Shown here piece by piece: positions 63,741 through 64,000 of a stretch of 64,000 nt of DNA. The translations under genes and the position numbers were made by a program. This stretch comes from the human T2T-CHM13v2.0 reference genome, Homo sapiens. Under the pieces are notes generated by a model. The model saw only the letters and a program-made list of their open reading frames with translations, made no database searches and was not told where the DNA came from. The first letter of the stretch is position 1; every line of letters begins with the position of its first letter. The DNA is taken from NCBI RefSeq assembly GCF_009914755.1, contig NC_060935.1; one strand, written 5' to 3'.

Positions 63741-64000
63741 TTTTTTTTTTTTTCTGAGATAGAGTCTCCCTTTGTTGCCCAGGCTGGAGTGTAGTGGCAC
63801 GATCTTGGCTTACTGCAACCTCTGCCTCCTGGGTTCACGCGATTCTCCTGCCTCAGCCTCCCTGAGTAGCTTGGACTACAGGCACGTGCCACTATGCCCA
63901 GCTAATTTTTGTGTGTATTTTTAGTATAGACAAGGTTTCAGCATGTTGGCCAAGCTGGTCTGGAACTCTTGGCCTCAGGTGATCTGCCTGCCTCGGCCTC
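63741..64000 (-). mobile_element. AluS, truncated by the window end
   Basis: Poly(T) followed by GAGATAGAGTCTC..GCCTCGGCCTC. Confidence 0.93.

Overview
Human genomic DNA, judged from a human-specific AluYb8 at 36002. It is dominated by retrotransposons (more than half L1) and I recognise no intact protein-coding gene. The main structure is an old inverted duplication with arms at 2933-16135 and 49001-56041 (about 6.3 kb each once arm-specific insertions are removed) around a ~33 kb L1-filled spacer. Identity between the arms is patchy, roughly 80% to 95% by eye, which suggests arm-to-arm gene conversion. Each arm carries a conserved candidate promoter (tandem ETS cores, TATA/GATA) plus a splice donor and acceptor, so this may be a pair of outward-facing, probably non-coding, transcription units that I cannot name. 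The spacer holds a triple nest (AluYb8 inside a full-length L1PA inside a full-length L1MA), two candidate L1 3' transductions, a 71-bp inverted templated insertion and one end of a probable conversion tract between two inverted L1MA copies. A processed HMGN2 pseudogene with a frameshift compensated by an upstream ATG lies near the right end. Subfamily names come from recalled diagnostic motifs, and boundaries of old repeats are approximate.
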